DNA from: an uncultured Candidatus Rokubacteria bacterium
Lineage (GTDB): Bacteria; Methylomirabilota; Methylomirabilia; Rokubacteriales; CSP1-6
Direction of reading: 5' to 3'
Assembly (NCBI GenBank): GCA_963789955.1
Contig: CAWBMV010000013.1
Coordinates: 32,001-96,000 of the forward strand
Length of the DNA: 64,000 nt
Part shown: positions 9,669 to 21,010 of the stretch, in pieces
Numbering within the stretch: position 1 is the stretch's first letter
Layout: each line of letters starts with the position of its first letter
Program-made: the position numbers and the translations under genes
Notes under the pieces: generated by a model
Databases searched by the model: none
What the model saw: only the letters and a program-made list of their open reading frames with translations
What the model was told of the DNA's origin: nothing

Positions 9669-10698
9669 TCAGCTCAGGCGCCGTCGCAGGTACTCCGCGA
9701 CCTCGAGCGTGGCGGCCATGCCTTGCGGGATCGCCTTGGTCAGCGAGACGAACGCGTGGATCTGACCGGGATACTCGCGATACACGACGTCCACGCCGGC
9801 CTCGCGGAGCCGATCGCCGTACGCGCGGCCCTCGTCGCGCAGCGGATCGAAGCCGGCGGTGACGATCAGCGCCGGCGGCTGCCCCTTGAGGCTCGACGCG
9901 CGCAGCGGCGAGGCGCGCAGATCCGTCTTGTCCGCGTCGTTGCGCAGATACTGCTGCATGTACCAGAGCACGCGCTCGCGCGGGATCACGTGGCCCTCCA
10001 CCATCTCGCGGTGCGACTCGGTATCCAGCGAGAAGTCGACCGCCGGATAGATGAGAACCTGGCACGTCGGCACCGGCGAGCCCTCGGACGCGGCGAGCTG
10101 CGAGACCGTCGGCCGAGAGATTGCCGCCCGCCGAGTCTCCGGCCACCGCGACGCGCGCGGGGTCGGCGCCGACGTCACGCCCCTTCGCGCGAGCCCAGCG
10201 ATACGCGGCCAGACAGTCGTCGACCGCCGCCGGGAACTTGTGCTCGGGCGCCAGCCGATAGTCGACGGCCACGACGAGCACGCCCGCGTGCTTGGCCAGG
10301 CGCGCGCAGAGCCCGTGATGCGTCTCGAGATCGCCCTGCACCCAGCCGCCGCCGTGGAAGTAGACGACCGCCGGCAGCGGCGTCGTCGCGGCGCTCGCCG
10401 AGTAGACGCGGGCGGGAATCTCGCCGGCGGGTCCGGGGATGCGGATGTCCTCGATTCGCGCCAGCGCCGGCGCGGGCTCGTCCATCAAGGACACCATGAC
10501 GCGCAGCTGCTGGCGCAGCTCGGGCAGCGGCGGATAGTAGCCGGGCACGCGAATCGATTTGACGAACTCGCCGACGATCTGGGCCTTCGGGTCCATCGTG
10601 CGGTCGCCCATCGTGATGCGGTGACCGTCGAGGAGGCGCAGCGCGTCCTCTTCGCTCATCGCCGTGTGGGACAGGTCCAGGGTCGGGTGCGTGCTCAT
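9669..10698 (-). CDS. HSL-family alpha/beta hydrolase (esterase/lipase); frameshift ~10110
   Basis: YFHGGGW, DYRLAPEHKFP, GDSAGG, DPLRDEG, HAF. Confidence 0.9.
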
Positions 10699-10711
10699 CG
10701 AGCGCCTCCTC

Positions 10712-11734
10712 TCAGGCGAACCACATGTCGGGCAAGGTGAAGCCGTGCCGGAACGGATCCGACGGATCGGAGCCGTGCTGAAACACGCCGGTGATCCACG
10801 CCTGGCCGGCGATGGTGGGAACGATGGCCGGGCGGCCGGCGACCGTGACCTCGGCGGCGATCGTGGATTCGAACCGAGAGCCGATGATCGACTCGTGCAC
10901 GAATCCCTGCCCCGCCGCGAGCTGGCCGCGCGCGTGCAGGACGGCCAGGCGCGCCGACGTCCCGGTGCCGCAGGGGCTTCGATCGATGCGGCCCGGCGCG
11001 ACGACCACGGCGTTACGGCTCACCGTGCCCGGCCCGGCGAACGGCATCGTGAACTCGGCGAACGTGACGTCGTGGATGTCCGCGTTCTCCGGATGTCGCA
11101 CGGGGAGCTGCTGCTTCGCGGCCGCCACGATCCGGTTGCCGAGCATGACGAGCTCGCGCGCCTCCTTCGGCTCGACCGAGAAGCCGAGCGACGGCGCGTC
11201 GACGATCGCGAAGAAGGCGCCGCCGTACGCCACGTCGACGGCAATCACGCCGAGGCCCTCGACGTCGAGCTTGGCGCCCAGATGTGTCGCGAAGCACGGG
11301 ACGTTCGTGAACTGAACGCGCTCCACCTTGCCGTCGCGGCAGCGCGCCTCGACCGGCACCGGCCCCGCGGGCGTGTCCAGGGTGAGCGTGGTCACGGGCT
11401 CCCGCATCGGCAGCATGCCCGTCTCCAGCAGCACGGTCACGGTGCAGATCGTGTTCGATCCGGACATCGGCGGGTAGTCGGTCGACTCCATGATGATCAG
11501 GCCGACGTCGCAGTCGGGCCGGGTCGGCGGCGTCACCAGATTGATGCACAGCGCGGGCTTGCCGCGCGGCTCGAGCAGAAGCCAGCGGCGCAGCTCGTCC
11601 GCCTGGGTCTCGAGGTAGCGCTTCTTCTCGAACATCGTGGCGCCGGGCGGGGGCAGCACGCCGCCGACGATGACGTGATTGTCCTCACCGCCGACGTGGC
11701 AGCCGATCACGGTGACCGTGCGCTCCCACTTCAC
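10712..11734 (-). CDS. Proline racemase family protein (Ser/Cys catalytic pair)
   Basis: LLLEPRG, YPPMSGSN, DVAYGGAFF, DRSPCGTGTSAR. Confidence 0.9.
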   Translation of the reverse strand: MKWERTVTVIGCHVGGEDNHVIVGGVLPPPGATMFEKKRYLETQADELRRWLLLEPRGKPALCINLVTPPTRPDCDVGLIIMESTDYPPMSGSNTICTVTVLLETGMLPMREPVTTLTLDTPAGPVPVEARCRDGKVERVQFTNVPCFATHLGAKLDVEGLGVIAVDVAYGGAFFAIVDAPSLGFSVEPKEARELVMLGNRIVAAAKQQLPVRHPENADIHDVTFAEFTMPFAGPGTVSRNAVVVAPGRIDRSPCGTGTSARLAVLHARGQLAAGQGFVHESIIGSRFESTIAAEVTVAGRPAIVPTIAGQAWITGVFQHGSDPSDPFRHGFTLPDMWFA

Positions 11735-11740
11735 GAGCGG

Positions 11741-11750
11741 ATGGTACCAT
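11741..11750. promoter_or_regulatory. Palindrome ATGGTACCAT giving a TACCAT -10-like hexamer on each strand between divergent genes
   Basis: 26-bp intergenic gap; TACCAT lies 6 nt before GTG 11734 (minus) and 10 nt before GTG 11761 (plus). Confidence 0.5.
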
Positions 11751-11760
11751 TCCCACTCCA

Positions 11761-14023
11761 GTGAAGTTCATCGGCGTCCCGATCAAGCGACTCGAAGATC
11801 CGCGCCTGCTCGTCGGCGGCGGGCGCTACGTCGACGACCTGGTCCGACCCGGCATGGCGCACGCGGTGGTCGTGCGCAGCCCTCACGCGCATGCCCGGGT
11901 GCTCCGGATCGACGGCCGGCGCGCCCTCGCTCGGCCGGGTGTGCTCGGCTTCGTCACGGCGGCCGATCTCACCGGCGTGCCGGTGATTCCACTGCGGCAG
12001 CCCGGCAAGCCGACGCACAGCGCCTACCTTCAGCCGCCGCTGGCCGGCGATACCGTCCGCTACGTCGGTCAGCCCGTCGCGGTCGTCGTCGCGACCGATC
12101 GCGCCGCCGCGGTCGATGCGCGCGATCTGGTCGACGTCGAGTACGACGTCTTGCCCGCGCGCATCGAGCTCGGCGACGCGGCTCCGTCGCGCTCTTTGCC
12201 CAGGGCAACGTGGCCGACTCGTGGACCACGACGCTCGGCGACGTCGACGCCGCGCTGCCGGGCGCGGCCTTCGTCGTGAGCGAGCAGTTTTCCGTCGGGC
12301 GTCAGACCGCGGCGCCGATGGAGACGCGCGGCCTGCTCGCCGAATGGGACGCTGGCGCCGAGCGGCTGACGGTGTGGGGCGAAACGAAAGTCCCCTACTT
12401 CAACCGCCGCACGCTCGGCGAGCATGCTGGGGCTCGACGAGGCGCGGATCGACTTCGCGGAGGCGGACGTCGGCGGCGGCTTCGGCGCGCGCGGGGAGTT
12501 CTATCCCGAAGACTTCCTGATCCCCTACCTGGCCCGGCGCCTGGGGCGCCCGGTGAAGTGGGTCGAGGATCGCCGCGAGCACTTTCTCACGATCAATCAC
12601 TCGCGCGAGCAGCAGTGGTCGGTCGTGGCCGCCGCCGACGAGCGCGGACGACTGCTGGCGCTCGACGCCTCGTTCGTCAACGTCATGGGCGGCTATCTGC
12701 GCACGCACGGGATCTGGGCGGCCTCGCTCACCGCGTCGTATCTGCCCGGCCCGTACCAGTGGCCGAACTACCGCTGTCGCGTCTCCTGCGTCATGACCAC
12801 CAAGACGCCGACCGGCACGGTGCGGGCGCCGGGCTTCTACGAGGGCGCGTTCGTGCGCGAGCGGATCCTCGACGTGCTCGCCGCCCGGGCCGGGCTCGAT
12901 CCCGCCGAGATCCGTCGCCGCAATCTCGCGCGACCGGACGACCAGCCGTACACGGTCAACACGGTCGCCGGCGCAGTCATGGGGCGAAACGCCGACTTCG
13001 CGGACGAGGACTTCGGCGTGATGTTCGAGCACGCGCTGAAGGCCGGCCGGTACGAGGCGCGCGCTGGCCGAGTGCCGCGAGCGCAACGCCGCCGGGGGTG
13101 ACGTGCGCTACGGCGTCGGACTCGCGGCCGTGGTGGAGACCTCGGGCACCGGGCCGTTCGAGAGCGCGAAGGTCATCCTGACCTCCGAGGGGCGCATCGA
13201 CCGTCGCGGCCGGCGCCACCTCGCTCGGTCAGGGGCTTCCGACGACACTCGCGCAGGTCTGTGCCGAGGTGCTTCAAGTGCCGCCGGCGCAGATCACCGT
13301 GCACCTCGGCGACACGCGCTGGATGCCGAACGGCGTCGGCAGCTCCGCGAGCCGCTCGGCCGTGATGGCGGGCTCCGCCGTGCACCACGCGTCGACGCGC
13401 CTGCGCGAGCAGATCGTGGCGATCGCGGCCGCGCGCTTCGAGGCCAGCCCGGCCGACATCGAGCTGGCCGACGGCGCCGCGTTCGTGCGCGGGGTCCCCG
13501 ATCGGCGCTGCTCGCTGCGCGAGATCGCCGCGCTCGCCGCGAGCCCGCTCGAATCCGAGTGGCGCCACGAAGCCACCCGCGCGATCGGCTCGTTCGGCTT
13601 CCACCTGTCCGTCGTCGGTGTCGACGTGACGACCGGCGAGGTCCATCCCGAGACGCATTTCGTCCTGTGCGACGTGGGGCGCGCGCTCAACCCGGCCATC
13701 GTCGAGGGCCAGCTGGTCGGCGCCGTGGTCCAGGGCATCGGCCACGCGACGATGGAGGAGCTCGTCTACGACTCGAGCGGCCAGCTCCTGACCGGCACCT
13801 TCATGGACTACGCGATGCCGACCGCGGCCCGGGTGCCGGCGGTCGAGCTGCTCGATCCACGAGTCCGCCGCGGCGTCGCAATCCGCTCGGCGTGAAGGGC
13901 GCCGGCGAGGCCGGCACGTCGGGCGTCGGCGCGGCGGTCGCGAACGCGGTGGCCGCCGCGGTCGGCAACGCCGCCGCGCGCCACGTGCCCGTGACCGCGC
14001 CGAGGGTCAAGGCCGCGCTCTGA
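11761..14023 (+). CDS. Xanthine dehydrogenase family molybdopterin-binding large subunit (CoxL/CutL-like); several frameshifts
   Basis: KRLEDPRLLVGGGRYVDD, PMETRG, DVGGGFG, KWVEDRREH, GSSASRS, GQLVGAVVQGIG, NPLGVKGAGEAG. Confidence 0.9.
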
Positions 14024-14032
14024 GTCCTGCTC

Positions 14033-14917
14033 GTGTCGCGCCGTCCACCTGCTTCTCGTGGCGCTCGTGCTCGTCGCGTGCTCGGTCGCGATCGAGCCCG
14101 TCGAACCGATCGACGCGTCGCTGCGCGAGGAGCTCCACCGCGTGGCCGTGCCGGCGACGGACGCGAGCATCGTGGTCACCAGCTTTCGTCCGCGCGCCGC
14201 GGGACCGTTGCCGTGGATCGTCATGAGCCACGGCACCGCCACCGACGCCCGAGGCCAATCGAACGATCGGCCGCGTACCGGTCTCTGAACCCGATACGCG
14301 AGTGGGTTCGTCGCGGCTATGCGGTGATCGTGCCGGTGCGACGCGGCTACGGCGCGAGCGGCGGCGCACAAGTTCGGCGACTCGTACGGCAGCTGCAGCC
14401 GACCGGACTTCCGTCGCGCCGGCGAAGGCGCCGCGGCGGACATTCTCGCCGACCGTCCAGTGGGCCAAGACGCAGAGTGACTCTCGACCCGAAGCGCTGG
14501 CTGCTGGTGGGACAGAGCTCCGGCGGGTTCGCCTCGATCTACACGGCGTCGAAGCGCCCCGACGGGCTCGTGGCGGTGCTCGCGTTCGCGCCCGGACGCG
14601 GCGGACGGCCAGACACGCACCCGGGACTACCCTGCGCGCCGGATCCGCTGGCCAAGCTGTTCGCGTCGATCGCGCCGCAGATCGCCGTGCCGGTGCTGTG
14701 GTTCTACGCCGAGAACGACCAGTACATCGGACCGGCCGCGGCAAAGCTCTGGTTCGAGAGCTTCCACGCGGCCGGCGGGCGCGGTGACTTCGTCATGATT
14801 CCGCCGTTTCCCGACAGACGCGGTCATGGCGTCTATCCGTCAGCCGCCGGCACGCCGCTCTGGACCGCGGCCGTGGCGACGTTCTTCCACGCGCACCAGA
14901 TCGCGCTGCCGTTCTAG
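14033..14917 (+). CDS. Dienelactone hydrolase-like alpha/beta hydrolase, probably exported; frameshifted
   Basis: Hydrophobic N-terminus, PWIVMSHG, RRGYGASGG, VGQSSGG, LWFYAEND, GHG. Confidence 0.78.
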   Translation: MSRRPPASRGARARRVLGRDRARRTDRRVAARGAPPRGRAGDGREHRGHQLSSARRGTVAVDRHEPRHRHRRPRPIERSAAYRSLNPIREWVRRGYAVIVPVRRGYGASGGAQVRRLVRQLQPTGLPSRRRRRRGGHSRRPSSGPRRRVTLDPKRWLLVGQSSGGFASIYTASKRPDGLVAVLAFAPGRGGRPDTHPGLPCAPDPLAKLFASIAPQIAVPVLWFYAENDQYIGPAAAKLWFESFHAAGGRGDFVMIPPFPDRRGHGVYPSAAGTPLWTAAVATFFHAHQIALPF

Positions 14918-15982
14918 ACGCTCATCGCCTCGGCCGCCGCGCGCGCGATGCCGACCGCCTCGGCAGCGGCCAGGATCTCGCCCCATGTCGTCGCGTCGAC
15001 CTCGATGCCCGTGCGGCCGCGCTCGGCCTGCGCGAGACGCTCCGGCTCTCCGGGAACGAGGACCGGCAGCTTGGGATCGGCCGGCGGTGAAGCCTTCACG
15101 TAGTCGATGAAGCCGTCGATCTCTCGCTTGAGCCAGTCGACGCCGGCGAGCCGCGCCGGATCGACGAGCATCGTGAACATGTTGTTGACGACGCCGCCCA
15201 TGCGCTGGTTGCCCGGCTGGATGCTCGGGCCTCCGGTAAGCGCGGTGGCGAGCAGTTCGGTGACCACCGCGAGCGCATAGCCCTTGTGACCACCGAACGG
15301 GAGCAGGGCGCCGTTCGGCTCGCTGTACATCACGTTCGGATCCCGCGTCGGCCGGCCTTTGGAGTCGATGAGCGCGCCTTCGGGCGCGGGCTTGCCCTCG
15401 TTCTTCGCGACGCGGATCTTGCCCATCGCCACCTGGCTCGTGGCCATGTCGAGCAGCAGCGGCGCGTGACGCTCGGTGCCGGGCACCGCGATGCAGACGG
15501 GATTCGTCACGAACCGGGCGTCGGTGCCTCGAAACGGCGCGACCGTCGCGCGATGGTCCGTGACGTTGACGAAGTGCAGCGAGACGAGCCCGGCGCCGGT
15601 CGCGAGCTCGCCGTAGGCGCCGACCCGCCCGATGTGATGCGCGTTGGCCAGGGTCATCGCGACGACGCCGGTCTCGCGGCAGCGCGCGATCGCCGCGTCC
15701 ATCGCCTCGCCCGCGACCGGGCGGCCGTACCCGCGCCCGCCGTCGAACATCAGCATCGCCCCGTCGTCCTTCACGAGCTTCGCCCGTGTGTTCGGCACCA
15801 CGAGCCCGGCCTTCAGGTGCCGGATGTACGTCGGGATCATGCCCGACACCGTGGCTGTCGTGGCCCATCAGGTTGGCGCGTACCAGATGCTCGGCGACAA
15901 GGTCCGCTTCGGAGGCGGCGCTTCCGCCCGCTTTCACGATCGCGCTGGTCAAACGTCGCAGGTTATCGGCAGTCGCACGCAC
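14914..15982 (-). CDS. Malate/L-lactate/ureidoglycolate dehydrogenase (Ldh_2, YbiC/HcxB-like); frameshift ~15850
   Basis: GGAGG RBS and GTG 15982; ANLMGHDSHG, HHIGRVG, TNP, LLDMATS, PFGGHKGYAL, VLVPGEPE. Confidence 0.9.
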
Positions 15983-15996
15983 GTGCGATTCCTCCC

Positions 15997-18165
15997 TTAG
16001 TGAGCGAGTGGATCCGGGCGCAGCTGGAAGTGGACGGCGATCGGCTTCTTGCCCTTGCCGCCTTCCATGAGCCACGGCGCCCGATCGCCGCTGGTCGTCC
16101 ACAACCCGCGGCCCTTCCAGCCGGCCGCCGGATCGTCGATGCGCCCGTCGAATCCCTTGGCGTAGAACCCCAGCGGATACGGCACGCGCAGGACGATCAT
16201 CTTGCCGTCCTTGAGCGCGATCAGGCCGTCGTTGAGGTTGCCGGTCGACATCGGCACGTCCTCGCCGAGCCCGAACGTGTTGTGCTGATCGACCCACGTG
16301 TAGTAGGTCGACTCGGCGCTGTTCTCACCGATCCCCTGGAAGCCGGGGCCCGGATACTGATAGAACGTCCAGCCCTCGGGACAGTGGTCGCCGGTGGCCT
16401 TCGGTCCGTTGAGCGGCCCCTTGCACTTGCGCCGATCAAAGCTGCCGATGTGGCCGCTGCCCATCGACGCCCACACCACGCCCTGCTTGTCGATGTCAGC
16501 GCCGCGAATCCCGAAGTAGGGCTTCGGCACGTTGTAGATCTCGGCGAGCGCCGTCGCGGGCGGGTTCGGCCCGGGCGCAACTCTCACGACCGCCGCGGTG
16601 CCGCCGAAGACTCCGACCGAGCCCCAGATCGAGCCGTCGACCGGGCTCGGCATCACGGCGTAGAAGCCGCCGGCGATCCGTTTGTCCTTGGTCGGATCGA
16701 CCGGCTGATCGGGCTCGACGTAGTCGTCCCGCTTGCCGTTGCCGTTCGTATCCAGGACGAACGCCGTCCAGCCCTGCGACCGAGCCGCGTCACCCGTCTC
16801 GTCGAACATCTTCGTGTTGACCCAGCCGACCACCGGCCCGCCGCCGCTGGTCCACACGGTCTCGTTGGCGTCGTAGCCGAACTGCAGATGATGCGTCTGG
16901 AAGCACGTATCGACGAACGTGTACTTCATCGTCTTCGGATCGAGGAACGTGAGTCCGCGGTTCGTGCGCTCGAGCGGGAACAGCTTGGCCGAAGGTTGGT
17001 CCGAGCCCTTCTGGCAGAAATCGGGGTTCTTCGGCCCGCGCACGACCGCCGCGAACCAGACGCGGCCTTTGCGATCGAACATACCGTTGTGATTGTTGGC
17101 CTTGGTGTCCCAGAGCTTCTCTTCGCCCCAGTACGCCGACGGCGCCATCGGCTTTTCGATCGCGGCGTGCCCCGGCCCGAGCGCTTCCGGCGTATCGGCG
17201 TCGCGCACCGGCGCCCTGAAGGTCGTGACGGTATTCGTCCTCGGATCGAGGATCGGATAGTCGTCGGTCGCGTATTCGGGCGAGCCGTAGAGCTTGCCGT
17301 AGGCGTTGACCGTCGGATAGCGGCGGTCCGACGCGATCAGGTCGTGCAGATACTTCTTCGGATCGCCCCACTCCCACGTCGTCACGACGATGTTGCGCTC
17401 GACGCCCTGCGGCCGCGGCGGCTTGCTGTGCGGCAGCTCGCCCTTGGCGACACGATCGGTCCAGTCACCGAAGTATTTGAACGGCACGCTGCCGAGCGCT
17501 TGCGTGAGTGGGGTCAGCATGAAGGGCGCCGCCTGCCCCGACTGCACGCGTCGAATCCACGCCGATTGTCCGGAGTCGAACCGTCCGAACGCGGCCGGGA
17601 TCGTACGGGTCGAGAGCTGACCGAGCTGATGACAGCCCACGCAGGCTCGGTTCTTCACGATCGTGAGCCACTCGCTCTGCGTGATTCTCGCGGGAATGTC
17701 GCTCGTGCCGCCGAACTGATCGGCGGCGGGGATCTTGAGCATCGAGTACCAGTAGATCGCCGGGTAGTACTGAGCCGCCGCCGCCTCGTTCGGCGCCGGC
17801 ACCGCGGTGAGGTTCAGCAGCTTGCCCGGCTCGGCGTCGACCTTCGCCGAATCGATCAGGCCGTAGCCGCGGACCCACACCTTGTACTTGGCCTTCGGGA
17901 GACCGGGCACCAGGTAGCGTCCCTGGTGGTCCGTCACGACGATGCGCGCGAACCTGGTCGGCAGGTCGAGCGTCTCGGCGATGACCCAGACGCCGGCCTC
18001 GGGCCCGGCCGGCCCGGTGACCACGCCCCCGATGTCGTCGCCGTCGATGGGAACCGCGCCGGCGGCCGGTTGCTGGGCGCCGAGGTTCACCATCGAGCCC
18101 GCACCGAGCACCGCGATCGCGACTGCCACCACTGCCAGCCACAGCACTTTCTTCGTCGTCGTCAT
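15997..18165 (-). CDS. Secreted protein: carboxypeptidase-regulatory-like Ig domain, single CxxCH heme-c motif, probable beta-propeller
   Basis: Signal peptide (MTTTKKVLWLAVVAVAIAVLG), GVWVIAET..VTDHQGRYLVPGLP..YKVWVRGYG, ACVGCHQLG; intact 722-aa ORF. Confidence 0.8.
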   Translation of the reverse strand: MTTTKKVLWLAVVAVAIAVLGAGSMVNLGAQQPAAGAVPIDGDDIGGVVTGPAGPEAGVWVIAETLDLPTRFARIVVTDHQGRYLVPGLPKAKYKVWVRGYGLIDSAKVDAEPGKLLNLTAVPAPNEAAAAQYYPAIYWYSMLKIPAADQFGGTSDIPARITQSEWLTIVKNRACVGCHQLGQLSTRTIPAAFGRFDSGQSAWIRRVQSGQAAPFMLTPLTQALGSVPFKYFGDWTDRVAKGELPHSKPPRPQGVERNIVVTTWEWGDPKKYLHDLIASDRRYPTVNAYGKLYGSPEYATDDYPILDPRTNTVTTFRAPVRDADTPEALGPGHAAIEKPMAPSAYWGEEKLWDTKANNHNGMFDRKGRVWFAAVVRGPKNPDFCQKGSDQPSAKLFPLERTNRGLTFLDPKTMKYTFVDTCFQTHHLQFGYDANETVWTSGGGPVVGWVNTKMFDETGDAARSQGWTAFVLDTNGNGKRDDYVEPDQPVDPTKDKRIAGGFYAVMPSPVDGSIWGSVGVFGGTAAVVRVAPGPNPPATALAEIYNVPKPYFGIRGADIDKQGVVWASMGSGHIGSFDRRKCKGPLNGPKATGDHCPEGWTFYQYPGPGFQGIGENSAESTYYTWVDQHNTFGLGEDVPMSTGNLNDGLIALKDGKMIVLRVPYPLGFYAKGFDGRIDDPAAGWKGRGLWTTSGDRAPWLMEGGKGKKPIAVHFQLRPDPLAH

Positions 18166-18285
18166 GGTGCCACTCCCTTCATCCCGTCCACGACTTCTCC
18201 GCCGCGCGCCAGGATGATACCTCGGGACCCGCGGGCGCGTGATGGCGGTTGCGCCGAGCGCCACCGCCGCTTAGAGTGCGAGCAA

Positions 18286-20995
18286 ATGCGCGTGGCCATT
18301 CTGCCGTCGGGCGCGCTGCTGGCGGACGCGCCGCGCGTCGGCGACGAGGCCGGCGACGGCCTCTCCGCAGTGGCCCGCACCCGCCTCGCCCGCGCCTTCG
18401 CGCGTGGGCCCGGGCACGCACTGCTCGACCTGGGTTCGACCGAGCTCGACGCACCGCTCGCCCCCCCGCTCGCATTCCTGCGCGACCTCGGCCGCGCGTT
18501 CGTGACGCGGCTCTGCGCCCTGCCCGACCTCGAGGAGCACCGTGACCGAATCGAGGTTGACTGCCCCGCTGACGAGCGTGAGCGGCTGGCCGGCAACGTC
18601 CCACCCGATGGACGGCAGCGAGTACGTCGACTCCGACTGGATCGCGGCGCGCTGGGCCGACCTCAACCGCGCGTTCGCCGACGAGATCAGCGCGCATCGC
18701 GGCTCGGTCGGTGGCTGGCTGAGCACGCGACATCCCTCGTGGCACGTCGTCGGCAAGGTATGCCTGCACCTGGCCGAGAATCGCGCAGACGAGGAGCATC
18801 CGTTCGCGTTCCTCGCGACCTACGCGGCGCGCGCCGGCGCGGGCGGCAAGGTGCAGCATCGGCCACTGGCGCGTGCGCTCGAGGAGTCGTCTGCACGCGG
18901 CGACCGGCAGGGACTGCTCCATCTGCTCGTGCCCCTCCAGCGCGCGGCGGAGCAGATCGAATGGCTGGCCGAGCTGATCGACTCAGGCGAAGTCTACCAG
19001 GCGACGGCCTGGACTCCCGCCCAGGCCCACCGCTTCCTGAACGCCATCCCGGCCTTCGAGGCGGCCGGGCTGGTCGTGCGCGTCCCCGATTGGTGGCGCG
19101 CCCGCCGCCCGCCACGACCCGAGGTTGCCGTCCGGGTGGGCGAGAAGAAGCCAAGCGCGGTCGGCATGGACGCGCTGCTCGACTTCTCGGTCGCCGTCGC
19201 GCTGGGCGGAGAGAAGCTGACGAGCGCCGAGGTGCGTCAGCTCCTCGCGTCGTCGGGCGGGCTGGTGCGCCTGCGCGGTCAGTGGATCGAGCTGGACCGC
19301 GAGCGGCTGCGCGAGGTGCTTTCCCACTGGGAGCGGGTGCGGCGTGAGGCCGAGAAGGGTGGGCTGTCGTTCCTCGAGGGCATGCGACTGCTCGCCGGCA
19401 CCCCGCGAAGCGAGGACGATGCCGCGGCGCTCGCGACGGGCGAGGGCTGGTCGCGCGTCGAGGCCGGCGCCTGGCTCGCGCGTACGCTCGAGGGGCTGCG
19501 AGGGCCGACGGGGCTCGCGGCGACCGATCCGGGCGCGGACCTTCGCGGCACGCTGCGGCCCTATCAGAGGGTAGGCGTAGCGTGGCTCGCGTTCGCCTCG
19601 TCGCTGCGGCTCGGCGTCTGCCTGGCGGACGATATGGGACTCGGCAAGACCATCCAGGTGCTCGGCCTCCTGCTCCTGCACAAACAGCGCGAGCGCTCCG
19701 GCGGGCCGCCGCATCTGCTCGTGGCGCCAGCATCGCTCCTCGCCAACTGGCAGGCCGAGATCGACCGCTTCGGGCCGTCGCTGACGACGCTCGTCGCACA
19801 CCCATCCGCCATGGCCGCGCGCGAGCTGGCCGAGCTAGCCAGCGCCGATCTCGGCTCCACCGATCTTGTCATCACCACCTACGGGACGCTGGCGCGCGTC
19901 GAGGCGCTGCGGGCGCGTGAATGGTCACTGGCGATCCTCGACGAAGCGCAGGCGATCAAGAACCCCGGAGCGCGCCAGACGCAGGCGGCCAAAGCGTTGA
20001 AGGCGCGCAGCCGCATCGCGCTGACCGGCACGCCCGTCGAGAATCGCCTGGGAGATCTGTGGTCGATCTACGACTTCCTCGACCCCGGCCTGCTGGGCTC
20101 GGCGCGCGAGTTCTCGGCGTTCGCCAAGCGGCTGGCCGACCGGCCGGACGAAGGCTACGCGCCACTGCGCCGCCTCATCCAGCCCTACCTGCTGCGCCGG
20201 CTCAAGACCGACCGCTCCGTCGTGGCCGACCTGCCAGACAAGACCGAGGTGAAGGCGTTCTGCCTTCTCTCGGGCCAGCAGGTCGCGCTCTACCAGAAGA
20301 CGGTCGATGAGCTCGAGCGTTCGATCACGGGCCTCGCGCAAGGCATCGAGCGGCGGGGCCTGGTGCTGGCCTATCTGATGCGCTTCAAGCAGATCTGCAA
20401 TCACCCCTCGCACTGGCTGGGCGAAAGTACCTGGGACGAGGCGGGGAGCGGTAAGCTCGCGCGGCTGCGCGAGATCGTCGAGGCGGTGGCGGCGAAGCAC
20501 GAAAAGGTCCTGGTGTTCACGCAATTCCGCGAGGCCACGGAGCCACTGGCCGCGTTCCTGACGGGTTTGTTCGGCCGGCCCGGGCTCGTGCTCCATGGCA
20601 GCACGCCGGTCAGGGCCCGTGGCGCGCTCGTGCGACGTTTCCAGGAGGATGCGACCGTGCCGTTCTTCGTGCTGTCCCTGAAGGCGGGCGGCAGCGGCCT
20701 GAACCTCACCGAGGCCTCCCACGTCGTGCACTTCGACCGGTGGTGGAACCCCGCCGTCGAGGACCAAGCGACCGACCGTGCCTACCGAATCGGCCAGCAC
20801 AGGAACGTGCTGGTGCACAAGCTCGTGTGCCGCGGGACCATCGAGGAGCGCATCGACAAGCTCCTCGAGGACAAGCAGGCCCTGGTGCGCGGCGTACTCC
20901 AGGGTGGCGGCGAGACGCTGCTGACCGAGATGAGCGACGCAGAGCTGATGACCATGGTCACGCTCGACCTCCGCCGGGCCACGGCCGAGCTCTGA
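18286..20995 (+). CDS. SNF2-family (DEAD/DEAH-box) helicase; frameshift ~18605
   Basis: LRPYQ, LADDMGLGKT, LDEAQAIKN, ALTGTPVENR, SLKAGGSGLNLT, DRWWNPAVEDQATDRAYRIGQ. Confidence 0.93.
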
Positions 20996-21010
20996 GCGAA
21001 AGGAGGCGCG

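Noticed and set aside
11761..14023. Aerobic CO dehydrogenase (coxL)
   Set aside because: Lacks the AYxCSFR loop and has no coxMS or accessory genes
15286..19347. 1353-aa plus-strand ORF
   Set aside because: Mostly the antisense shadow of the Ldh_2 and heme-c genes; only ~18286-18605 is real (SNF2 N-terminus)
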